This document shows, piece after piece, positions 1 through 7,492 of a stretch of 64,000 bases of DNA. Source of the DNA: a virus. The notes below the pieces were generated by a model. The model ran no database searches and had not been told where the DNA came from. It saw only the letters and a list, made by a program, of their open reading frames with translations. The stretch's first letter is position 1; every line of letters starts with the position of its first letter. The translations under genes were made by a program, and so were the position numbers. The stretch is from the IMG/VR virus record IMGVR_UViG_3300043788_000060, positions 46,257-110,256 of that record; one strand, written 5' to 3'.

Positions 1-180
1 GAGACGCGCCCGCGAGCGGCACTAGGAATCAGGAACAGCGATGTATCAGCTACACCGCCTCCTCAAACTCCGACTGCGCCCACAGACGAGGACCTAGAGA
101 ATCTTCCTGACGAACAGATCAGCGCATTGCTGAGAGGCGTTCGCAAGATGAAAGCTCAACAGGCCCGGCGCTCTAACTAA
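1..180 (+). CDS. 3' end of a gene directly upstream of the capsid gene, probable scaffolding protein (partial)
   Basis: Frame 1 is open to TAA at 178-180 (...PTDEDLENLPDEQISALLRGVRKMKAQQARRSN). Position and short terminal helix fit a scaffold (inference). Confidence 0.5.
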   Translation, partial: ETRPRAALGIRNSDVSATPPPQTPTAPTDEDLENLPDEQISALLRGVRKMKAQQARRSN

Positions 181-196
181 ACAACAAGGAGTAACC

Positions 197-414
197 ATGA
201 GTTACTCTCCTACAAGTATCGTCACGAGCGGGGCGCTTCCGAACTTAGTCGCAATTCACTATGAGCGCGAAGCTGTTCCCAACCTCAAGGCGCAAACTCC
301 TTTCCTTTCCATGACCAAGCAGCGTCCGCTGCCGTTGCGGCAAGGTAACCAGATTCAGTTCTACACCTACGCGATCTTGGCTGCAAACCTGAACCAAGCC
401 GCTGAGGGAACCGT
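197..414 (+). CDS. Major capsid protein (N4-gp56-like family), exon 1; join(197..414,1472..2078,2297..2350,2573..2677), about 327 aa
   Basis: SD AAGGAG before ATG. MSYSPTS...KQRPLPLRQGNQIQFYTY...AEGTV continues in frame into GSPISESSTKIVATIGQYAD once the intron is removed. The exons total 984 nt, one open frame. Confidence 0.88.
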
Positions 415-461
415 GAATAAACCTGCGGTTCTAAAATTCGCCCAAATCCGTCAATACCTGT

Positions 462-489
462 TTGCAGAAGCCGCCTAGTGTGGTATAAT
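462..489 (+). promoter_or_regulatory. Sigma70-type promoter inside intron 1, upstream of the homing endonuclease
   Basis: TTGCAG-16 nt-TATAAT with extended -10 TGTGGTATAAT; the same motif recurs at other phage promoters. Confidence 0.65.
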
Positions 490-516
490 GTGAATAGACA
501 AGACGGAGGAAAATTC

Positions 517-1461
517 TTGCGAAGCGACATCCATCCCAAGCGTTGGGCTTTCATAGCCGGTCTAATTGACGGTGATGGAAGTTTCAGTATCCGATATGAC
601 AAAGAGTCCGGATATCAATTAACTGTTAACATATATTCGACATCGAGAAATCTGATGAACTGGTTGGTCAAGCTGATTGGTGGCCAGTATCGAAAGATGC
701 CTACGAAGGGCAATCGTAAACAGCGGTATGCTTGGTATTCAGGGAATTCAGAAATTCCCACCAATGTTGCTCCGTATCTCATTCTCAAGAAAAGTCAGGC
801 AGAGTCTTCCGTTCTATTCTTTAATCTTGGCTCAGAGAGAAATCCTCAAGCTAGAGAAGAATTGATGAGAGACATTCAAAATGCTAATGACTTTTATGTA
901 CCAGCCAATAAAAAAGATGTACAGGATAGTCGAAAAAATCCGATAGAACCCACCAAACTGGATTGGGCCTATCTCTCCGGATTGTTTGATGCTGAGGGGT
1001 CTTTCGGCCTCCAAAGGCGCAGCAAAAAGGGCAACGGTTCCTATACATCTTACGCACGAATTTCAAACACAGATAATCGGGTATTCTTGTGGATCGCGCC
1101 CCGCTTCGGCGGTCGGTTTTCGGTTACTACCAAGGAACACGATAAAGATGAAGGCGCATGGACGTTGTCCGGCTCCATCGGTTTAGAAGGAAGAAAAGAT
1201 CGAGAGAACAAACTCTTGGCTTTGGTTCCTTATCTGGTTGCTAAGAAAGAACGTGCGGTGCTCTTTATGGAGTGGATTAGAAATAACCACCTATTGACCA
1301 AAGAGCAAAAATTGGATTATTTTCTGAGAATGAAGGCGTTGAACAAACGCGGAATCTCTCTAGAGACTAATACGGCGAACTGTCCAGAAAATGGACAGAT
1401 GATAGAGTCCGATCCTGATAGCGATATCAGGTGCGACCCAGCAGTGATGTTGGAGTCCTAA
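517..1461 (+). CDS. Intron-encoded double-motif LAGLIDADG homing endonuclease
   Basis: Motifs FIAGLIDGDG and YLSGLFDAEG. TTG start at 517 follows SD GGAGG at 505-509. The track start at 478 falls inside the promoter. Confidence 0.9.
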   Translation: MRSDIHPKRWAFIAGLIDGDGSFSIRYDKESGYQLTVNIYSTSRNLMNWLVKLIGGQYRKMPTKGNRKQRYAWYSGNSEIPTNVAPYLILKKSQAESSVLFFNLGSERNPQAREELMRDIQNANDFYVPANKKDVQDSRKNPIEPTKLDWAYLSGLFDAEGSFGLQRRSKKGNGSYTSYARISNTDNRVFLWIAPRFGGRFSVTTKEHDKDEGAWTLSGSIGLEGRKDRENKLLALVPYLVAKKERAVLFMEWIRNNHLLTKEQKLDYFLRMKALNKRGISLETNTANCPENGQMIESDPDSDIRCDPAVMLES

Positions 1462-1471
1462 AACACAAATA

Positions 1472-2078
1472 AGGAAGCCCGATCTCCGAATCGAGCACCA
1501 AGATCGTTGCTACCATCGGGCAGTATGCCGATTTTATCAACAGTTCTGACTTGGCTCTCGACGTAGCAATCGACGATCCGGGTTTGCTCCAGAATCTGGC
1601 AAACGAACTCAACTACCGGCTTGCTCTTACCCTCAACTCTCTTGTCCAGATCACAGCGGACTCGGCAGTTGCGGTGGACTCGCTGGTCAACACACAACTG
1701 GCCAACGGCTCGTATCTGACGGCGAACAACCTTCGTTCGGCAGTTCAGTCGCTGGTATCGGTCAACGCACGGCCTCTCGTAAATAACTCCTACGGTGGAA
1801 TCATTCACCCGAACGTGGTACGAGACATCCTCAACGACACGTCTTTCAATGGTCTAACCGACATTGTAAAGCGCGATCCTGAGATGGCGAAGATGCTGTA
1901 CGAACTCCCGAAGAATGATGATGTTATCAAGTTCGCCGGGGTCACGTTCAAGCAAACAAGCACTGCGCCGACGGTGACCATCAGTTCGAACACGTATTAC
2001 AACACTTACATCTTCGGGGACGACGCGATTTTCAGCGTCTTCTTGGGCAAGAATCCCGAGGATGGATCGAAGAACTAT
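1472..2078 (+). CDS. Major capsid protein, exon 2
   Basis: GSPISESSTKIVATIGQYADFINSSDLALDVAIDDP...YGGIIHPNVVRDI...GVTF...KNY, typical N4-gp56-family capsid motifs. Confidence 0.9.
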
Positions 2079-2296
2079 TTGCAAAAAGTAGCTTGAGCGG
2101 GCAACTGCTCTCGAACAGACCGTAAATTCGGTGGAACCCTCACAGAGGCAATACCGAGCCAAGTCGCGAAAGCGGAAGGTGTAGAGACTAGAGACGGTCC
2201 TCCCTATGGGATGATAGTATAGTCCGGACTGCACAGCGATGTGCAGAGGCAAACAGAAATGATTTGCCCGTCCGAATAATGGACAGTAACAAAACG
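2079..2296 (+). ncRNA. Group I intron 2 (218 nt, no ORF)
   Basis: P1 CUAU/GUAG with U2078-G2088; P3 GACCGU/ACGGUC; P4 UUCGGU/ACCGAG; P7 GAGACUA/UAGUCC; P9 GCGA-loop hairpin; terminal G2296. Removal restores the frame (KNY-KLF). Confidence 0.92.
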
Positions 2297-2350
2297 AAAC
2301 TCTTCATCCAGAGTGCGCCTGAGCAGGGAAGTGTAAGTGATCCAGCACGT
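2297..2350 (+). CDS. Major capsid protein, exon 3 (18 codons, KLFIQSAPEQGSVSDPAR)
   Basis: Lies in frame between the terminal G of intron 2 and the P1 splice site of intron 3. Confidence 0.85.
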
Positions 2351-2572
2351 CAACTTTAGGCGTCACTAAGGCGAAATCCTTAGAAGAAAATTCTATCTAA
2401 TTGACTTGGAAGCTGAGAAGCCAACAAGGCGGAACCCAGAAATCGGGACCGTGAGAGACTAAACGATAGAACACCCTTTGGGGTGATGCGATAGTCCGGC
2501 CTCATACGAAATGAAGTATGAGAGGTGTGCAGAAATGACGCACCCCGTCCATTTTAGACGAGTAACATTCCG
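2351..2572 (+). ncRNA. Group I intron 3 (222 nt, no ORF)
   Basis: P1 ACGU/GCGU with U2350-G2360; P3 UUCUAUC/GAUAGAA; P7 GAGACUA/UAGUCC; P9.0 GG/CC; terminal G2572. Confidence 0.92.
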
Positions 2573-2677
2573 CAAATTGGAGGCTGGGTTTCTTACAATG
2601 TACGGTACACAAACACTTTGCGTCCGGGCAGCACAATGACGCTAAGACGTTTGCAATCAGAGACATCCAGTTCATAG
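2573..2677 (+). CDS. Major capsid protein, exon 4
   Basis: QIGGWVSYNVRYTNTLRPGSTMTLRRLQSETSSS-stop; the DP..Q.G.W pattern matches the C-terminus of this capsid family. Confidence 0.85.
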   Translation, partial: QIGGWVSYNVRYTNTLRPGSTMTLRRLQSETSSS

Positions 2678-2726
2678 GAGTCTTTGAAAAAATAGTTTCG
2701 AAATTCTTTACACAAAGCCATTAAAC

Positions 2727-2737
2727 TGTGGTATAAT
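2727..2737 (+). promoter_or_regulatory. Extended -10 promoter upstream of the GIY-YIG gene
   Basis: TGTGGTATAAT in intergenic DNA, with TTTACA upstream. Confidence 0.6.
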
Positions 2738-2817
2738 GTATTTGAGTTTCGAAATTCAAACCGGGAAGGGCGGTACCTCACTACCGCCCAACTCGACTCA
2801 TGTGAGGATGAGAGAAC

Positions 2818-3597
2818 ATGTATTACATCTATTTGGTAACGAATAAAGTCAACGGAAAGATTTATGTTGGTCAGACTGGGTTGACCATAGAGGAACGTTT
2901 TAAAAGTCACATCTGGTCTCGGAACAAGGACGATCATTTTCATGCGGCAATCCGAAAGTATGGAGAAGACGCTTTCGTCATCCAAGAGTTGGGCAAGTTC
3001 GAATCTCTCGAAGAAGCCAACAACGCAGAATCTTTGTGGATAATCTCCCTTCGATCCTACGACAGCAAAATTGGCTACAACACGAAATTTGGTGGCGAAA
3101 ACGGAGGAGCCCCCACCGAAGAAACAAGAATCAAAATCGGATTAGCAAGCAGCCAAAGAGTTCATGCTGCTGAGACTCGGGAAAAGATGCGAAATTCTCA
3201 TCTCAAACGCCAAGGAAAAACTACTTCCCACGAGGGAGTGGGGGTTTTTAAAGGACGTTTTCGGGCGAGAATCAAGATTCACGGAAAAGAAATTTCTTTG
3301 GGACAACACGATACCATTGAAGAGGCGGTTGAGTTTCGAAAAAAGAGTTTAGAACGGCTGAGCCAAATCGGACTAGAAGCTTTCACGGGAGAACTAGAAA
3401 TCTTCCGTAAAGAAGTAAACAAGAAAAGAATCGCAAACCGGCCTCACAGAGGACCTTTATCTGACGAAGAAAAGGAACAGATTAGTATTCGCACCAAGAA
3501 ACGATGGGCGAAGAACTTTAATTGGATGGACGCTCAATTCGTTTCTCCCTTTGTAACGGACGCCCAAACCCAGCAGAACGATCAGGTTGCATCATGA
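2818..3597 (+). CDS. Free-standing GIY-YIG homing endonuclease (NUMOD3-like and AP2-like DNA-binding parts)
   Basis: YIYLVTNKVNGKIYVGQT...GYN; EETRIKI and ETREKMR repeats; FRARIKIHGKEISLGQHDTIEEA. Confidence 0.88.
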   Translation: MYYIYLVTNKVNGKIYVGQTGLTIEERFKSHIWSRNKDDHFHAAIRKYGEDAFVIQELGKFESLEEANNAESLWIISLRSYDSKIGYNTKFGGENGGAPTEETRIKIGLASSQRVHAAETREKMRNSHLKRQGKTTSHEGVGVFKGRFRARIKIHGKEISLGQHDTIEEAVEFRKKSLERLSQIGLEAFTGELEIFRKEVNKKRIANRPHRGPLSDEEKEQISIRTKKRWAKNFNWMDAQFVSPFVTDAQTQQNDQVAS

Positions 3598-3863
3598 GCT
3601 ACGAAACTTGGTTTCACGGCACGAACGAGGATTCGGCTCGTCTAATTATTCAAACCGGATTTCAACCCGGAACATATTTTGCAAAACACATGGAAGACGC
3701 AATCATATTTGGCGGTCCCTGCGTTTTCTGGATTAGAGTAGAATGGGAGCGAAAGAGTTTGGACGGATGGCAGCAGATAAGTTCTAACCATATTCCATCC
3801 AAGGCAATTGTAGGATTTTTCCTTGGAGAAGGTTGGTTCGAAGAAGCCAAGGAGGCCGCATGA
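3594..3863 (+). CDS. Small ADP-ribosyltransferase-fold-like protein
   Basis: WFHGT...IIQTGF...YFA pattern of ART-fold proteins; ATGA overlap with the upstream stop. Confidence 0.5.
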   Translation: MSYETWFHGTNEDSARLIIQTGFQPGTYFAKHMEDAIIFGGPCVFWIRVEWERKSLDGWQQISSNHIPSKAIVGFFLGEGWFEEAKEAA

Positions 3864-4108
3864 TCGCCTGTTGCGGGAGCCGGGCTATTGCGGATTATTG
3901 CAAACGGTGCGGTCGGAATTTAACGGCTCTTGGGCAATACCGAGATTATGTTCACTATGTCCCCGGAACTCAGACCCCATGTTTGACCATCGAAGAAGCC
4001 CTCGGAATGACCGAAGAGGAATTTGACGAGATAATAAATCCTCTTCAAGAAGAACTCGCAAGAAAGCTATCCGAAACCATTGACCTTTTAGTAAAGGATT
4101 TCACCTAA
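3860..4108 (+). CDS. Hypothetical protein with Cys motifs
   Basis: SD AGGAGG, ATGA coupling, CC..CxxC. Confidence 0.6.
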   Translation: MIACCGSRAIADYCKRCGRNLTALGQYRDYVHYVPGTQTPCLTIEEALGMTEEEFDEIINPLQEELARKLSETIDLLVKDFT

Positions 4109-4215
4109 TGCCCGTCTCCCCAGCATCCTCCAGTACCGGCCTGACAACTACCACAGCGGTTTTCTACGGCGCGAAAAAGAAACCCAAGCCGAGGAAGAAG
4201 CCAAAGAAGAAATGA
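4108..4215 (+). CDS. 35-aa peptide with a Lys-rich tail (MPVSPASSSTGLTTTTAVFYGAKKKPKPRKKPKKK)
   Basis: TAATG coupling at the start and ATGA coupling at the end; below the ORF-track cutoff. Confidence 0.55.
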   Translation: MPVSPASSSTGLTTTTAVFYGAKKKPKPRKKPKKK

Positions 4216-4334
4216 CGGCGCTTTGGATAGTCGGGATAAGTTTAGGATGCCTTCTTGTAGCCACAATTGCAGCGGCGGTCGTCATCGGCATTGCTAAACA
4301 AGCTATCAACTATTTCATTGGTCGCTCTCGATGA
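4212..4334 (+). CDS. 40-aa single-TM membrane peptide
   Basis: Coupled start and a long hydrophobic stretch. Confidence 0.5.
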   Translation: MTALWIVGISLGCLLVATIAAAVVIGIAKQAINYFIGRSR

Positions 4335-4447
4335 CGACGATCTAGTAGCCGACGGAACCCTGTCCGAAGAAGAACTGAAAGAAGCGGTCGAGAAATTCAG
4401 GCGGCTGCGGTCGGCGCACTCCGAAGTTTGGGAAGAAGAGGAGTCCG

Positions 4448-4714
4448 ATGTTTAAAAAGGTCCGCCTGAGCCTGCCTGCCTATTATTGCGTTCTTGGACA
4501 GTTCCCGCATTGTGACCAAAGAATTCTTCACGCCCGGGGCGAGTGCCAATATTGTGATAAGCACCCAGACTGGCAAGCTCTTCGGGAGGCGTGGGGAATA
4601 TCCTTTACTGGATACGAACCGGAAGACAAAGAATTGCCCTGTCCGGCGGATTATGCACGAGGAGATTCTCATAAGCTCTGGTATGGAAACGTAGCAGCGA
4701 AGGAGTCCGAATAA
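4448..4714 (+). CDS. Hypothetical Cys/His-rich protein
   Basis: SD GAGGAG; HC..H..CxxC. Confidence 0.65.
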   Translation: MFKKVRLSLPAYYCVLGQFPHCDQRILHARGECQYCDKHPDWQALREAWGISFTGYEPEDKELPCPADYARGDSHKLWYGNVAAKESE

Positions 4715-4950
4715 TGGACAAATTCAACCCATTTCGCAAGCTGGTCCCAAAGTCCAACCGAGTTGTCGGCGCAGTCAAAGCAATCCCGCTGTGGTTCCGG
4801 CCTAACATCAAACCGTGGGGTTACTACTCCGGAAGATTGGAAAGTCGTCCGGATTTCCGGAGACCGAACAGGGTACATCGAATCGAGATTTGTGCAGTAG
4901 TTTTTTACTGCATTTGCAGTAAAATGCCCGAGAGGGCCAAAACCAACTGA
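4714..4950 (+). CDS. Hypothetical basic protein
   Basis: TAATG coupling supplied by a copy of the 15-bp site. Confidence 0.4.
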   Translation: MDKFNPFRKLVPKSNRVVGAVKAIPLWFRPNIKPWGYYSGRLESRPDFRRPNRVHRIEICAVVFYCICSKMPERAKTN

Positions 4951-4995
4951 CTTTAATTCTGAGCACCTAGTCAGTGTGCTGTTCAAGGAGAACAC

Positions 4996-5940
4996 ATGAT
5001 GTACACGCAGGGATACATAGCATCTTTGAAGGTCGGAGGTAAAATCCTCCGGGAATCAAACGGAACAGTTTCGCTCCCATTTGGGTCTGAATATTCCGTG
5101 CTCCTCAAAAACAAACTCTCCCGTCGGGCTCAAGTCAAAGTCGAAGTAGACGGCCAAGACGCGACCGAGGGAACCAAGCTGATCCTGCCCGCAAACGGAT
5201 CGCTGGAGCTAGAACGCTTTATCAAGTCTGGCAACCTAAAAGCGGGCAACAAGTTCAAGTTTATCGAACGGACTTCGAAGATCGAAGAACACCGGGGAAT
5301 CAAAGAAGACGACGGCTTGATCCGAATCGAATTCTGGGCTGAGAAAGAAGTCGTAGATGTACCGGTTGTCCGGCATCATTATTACGATGATTGGGTTCCA
5401 GTCCGCAGATATTACTGGGATCGCCCGTGGTATGATCCGTACTACCCGACATGGCCTCAACCGACGATTACTTGGAATTCCAATTCCGGTATCCAAACTT
5501 CCTGCTATAATACAAGCGGAAGTTTAGGAGAGGCACAAAGCGATAATCTGGGCTCGGCGCAAAATTTTTCTGGCAGTTTGCAAAAATCTTCTGCGAGACA
5601 GACCAGAAGTCTACACCCGCAAGCGTCTAGCGGCATCACTCGCGATTCAGGTCAGCAAGTTCATGCTCAGAACTGCATGATGGCGGAAACCAGTTTCAAC
5701 GACGCAGGAATCACGGTCCCGGGAAGTCACTCAAACCAAGAGTTCCAAAGCACTTACGGGTTTGAAACCGAATCGAACAGTCACGTGATTGTACTTCAGT
5801 TGCGGGGTGTGGTTGGGGACAAACCAGTCGTAGTTCCGGTTACCGTAGACCACAAGCCGGTCTGCCCAACCTGCGGAACTACAAACAAGGCGCAAAATAA
5901 ATTCTGCAAAGAATGCGGAACGGCCTTGCAATTAGTCTAA
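4996..5940 (+). CDS. Hypothetical phage protein with a beta-rich N-domain and C-terminal double zinc ribbon
   Basis: SD AAGGAG; 314 aa; CPTCG..NKFCKECG. Confidence 0.8.
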   Translation: MMYTQGYIASLKVGGKILRESNGTVSLPFGSEYSVLLKNKLSRRAQVKVEVDGQDATEGTKLILPANGSLELERFIKSGNLKAGNKFKFIERTSKIEEHRGIKEDDGLIRIEFWAEKEVVDVPVVRHHYYDDWVPVRRYYWDRPWYDPYYPTWPQPTITWNSNSGIQTSCYNTSGSLGEAQSDNLGSAQNFSGSLQKSSARQTRSLHPQASSGITRDSGQQVHAQNCMMAETSFNDAGITVPGSHSNQEFQSTYGFETESNSHVIVLQLRGVVGDKPVVVPVTVDHKPVCPTCGTTNKAQNKFCKECGTALQLV

Positions 5941-5953
5941 AGTGTGGTATAAT
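5926..5953 (+). promoter_or_regulatory. Sigma70-type promoter in front of the large ncRNA candidate
   Basis: TTGCAA-16 nt-TATAAT with extended -10. Confidence 0.7.
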
Positions 5954-5959
5954 GTATTT

Positions 5960-6750
5960 GTTAGGTAGCGGGTTTCACCGGCCAAGGCGGAGTCTTTAAG
6001 CGAGAACAAAAACGGGAATGACTCTAACCGGTAGAGTGACCTTGGTTTGCAGATAGCAACATAACCGCCCAGAGCGTGATTATGCTGCCTATAAATTTCG
6101 AGTTTGCGTAAATCGAGGGATGCTGGCTACTGAGGAGCGAAGGTAGCTGGATCGGGAACTTCCCAAACCACCCCGATCTTTGCCCTCCTTGCTCAGAAAT
6201 GACGATTTACGCAATGAAGGTGAGGGCCACGGTTGGTCATACGTCCAAACTGTTGGGTAGGTACTGGATGGGACAGCCTCCAACAGCCCGTGGCCTGATT
6301 CCCAAAGGACAACATGATTGATTCAGAGTTTGGTTGGTGGCGTAGTTGGATTAGTGAGCTTCTTTCCTAGATCGATCTGGGAAAGATGAACCAGAGGTAG
6401 TTTCAGTTCAGCCCTCTCACCCCCGGAAGTCATGAGCCGGACTCGGGTGCTTATTAGAACTGAAGCGGGGATGGGGCTCGGGTTTGGCCTCAACGCATAC
6501 CCACGGGGTTCATTACCCAACAGGCCCAACATTTTAGGTTTGACCCTCTTCGGAGGAGAACAGCAACAAGCGGAACTTTAGTTCACACAAACTTGAGTTT
6601 TGACGCATCCCCCTCGCCCGGTACCTGCTTGTTTGGGGTGGCCCCTGAATTCCTAGGAATTCAGTAATCCGGTGGTCAAATGGTGGTGACACCTACCAGC
6701 CTGTGTGGGCAAAGTGGTGTGACTCTAGCATTCTCAGAGTAGAAGCTTAA
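5960..6750 (+). ncRNA. Large (~790 nt) structured ncRNA candidate, GOLLD/ROOL size class
   Basis: No + strand ORF of 60 aa or more in a gene-dense genome; own promoter; long-range helices 5962-5969/6084-6091, 6104-6115/6203-6214, 6225-6232/6288-6295, 6402-6409/6457-6464, 6357-6363/6741-6747. Confidence 0.7.
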
Positions 6751-6782
6751 TTTCGTCCAGATAATGGACTAGGGAGAAAACG

Positions 6783-6938
6783 ATGGCACCAAAGCATCCG
6801 GGGTTCAAAGCAGTTCAATCGAAGATCGCAGGAGAAGGCTATAGCAAGAAAGCAGCCGGAGCGATCCTCGCAAACGCGACACGAAATGCCAGCAAGTCTG
6901 CGAAGGCAAAGAACCCCAAACTCCGCAAAGTCAAGTAG
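6783..6938 (+). CDS. 51-aa very basic protein (MAPKHPGFKAVQSKIA...KNPKLRKVK)
   Basis: SD GGGAG; abuts the next gene; Lys/Ala-rich. Confidence 0.7.
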   Translation: MAPKHPGFKAVQSKIAGEGYSKKAAGAILANATRNASKSAKAKNPKLRKVK

Positions 6939-7166
6939 ATGGAAGAATCTCTTCAAATCCACCACAGCGAGCAGATTCACTGGGCTTCCTACGATCCGGA
7001 CACCCAGCAATTGAACCTGACGCTCAACGACCGGAGAAAGCACGGGTATTCGCCGGTCCCCCAAAAGGTGGTTAACGGATTTGTCCGCGCTAAATCCCAC
7101 GGGGATTTTTTCCACAAGAACATCAGAAACAACCCGAATTACCGATACCACGGAAAGGTAGAATGA
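6939..7166 (+). CDS. KTSC-domain protein
   Basis: S..I..ASYD...L.L....Y..VP...F..A.S.G.FF..NIR pattern. Confidence 0.75.
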   Translation: MEESLQIHHSEQIHWASYDPDTQQLNLTLNDRRKHGYSPVPQKVVNGFVRAKSHGDFFHKNIRNNPNYRYHGKVE

Positions 7167-7492
7167 ACATGAAACTGGCTTTACTTTCAGTGTTCCTAGC
7201 GTTACCACTTTTGCTTCCGGCGCAAGTCGTGGTTTCTCCCGCCCCGGAAACGACCGTGACCTTGTCTGGAGCGGGCACAATTTCCTCCTACAGTATTTTG
7301 GTTTCAACGGGGGACCCATGTGCGCTATACGGGGGAAAACAACTCAAGGATGGAACCTGTCAAACGACCTTTGATTTTCATATGGGTCCGGACAATTCCG
7401 TTTGTCTCTTGCATTTTTCTCTAAAACTCTGGCACGATCCGAAGGTAATTTGCACTTGGACTCCCAACACCTCGAAAGGAAACACCAAATGA
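7163..7492 (+). CDS. Exported protein (signal peptide, four Cys)
   Basis: MKLALLSVFLALPLLLPA-Q. Confidence 0.7.
   Translation: MNMKLALLSVFLALPLLLPAQVVVSPAPETTVTLSGAGTISSYSILVSTGDPCALYGGKQLKDGTCQTTFDFHMGPDNSVCLLHFSLKLWHDPKVICTWTPNTSKGNTK

Larger units (their letters stand above)
415..1471 (+). ncRNA. Group I intron 1 in the capsid gene, carrying a LAGLIDADG ORF (3' end at 1471 or 1474)
   Basis: P1 GAACCGU/GCGGUUC with U414-G425 wobble; P3 UUCGCC/GGCGAA; P4 UCCGUC/GACGGA; P7 GAGACUA/GAGUCC; P9 CUGAUA-GCGA-UAUCAG. Confidence 0.88.

Noticed and set aside
478-516. ORF-track starts reading MWYN (478, 27927) or containing KWYN (63843)
   Set aside because: These translate the promoter motif GTGGTATAAT; better starts lie downstream.
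415-1471. Intein or frameshift explanation for the split capsid gene
   Set aside because: The LAGLIDADG ORF is out of frame with exon 1 and lacks intein termini, while group I core helices are present.
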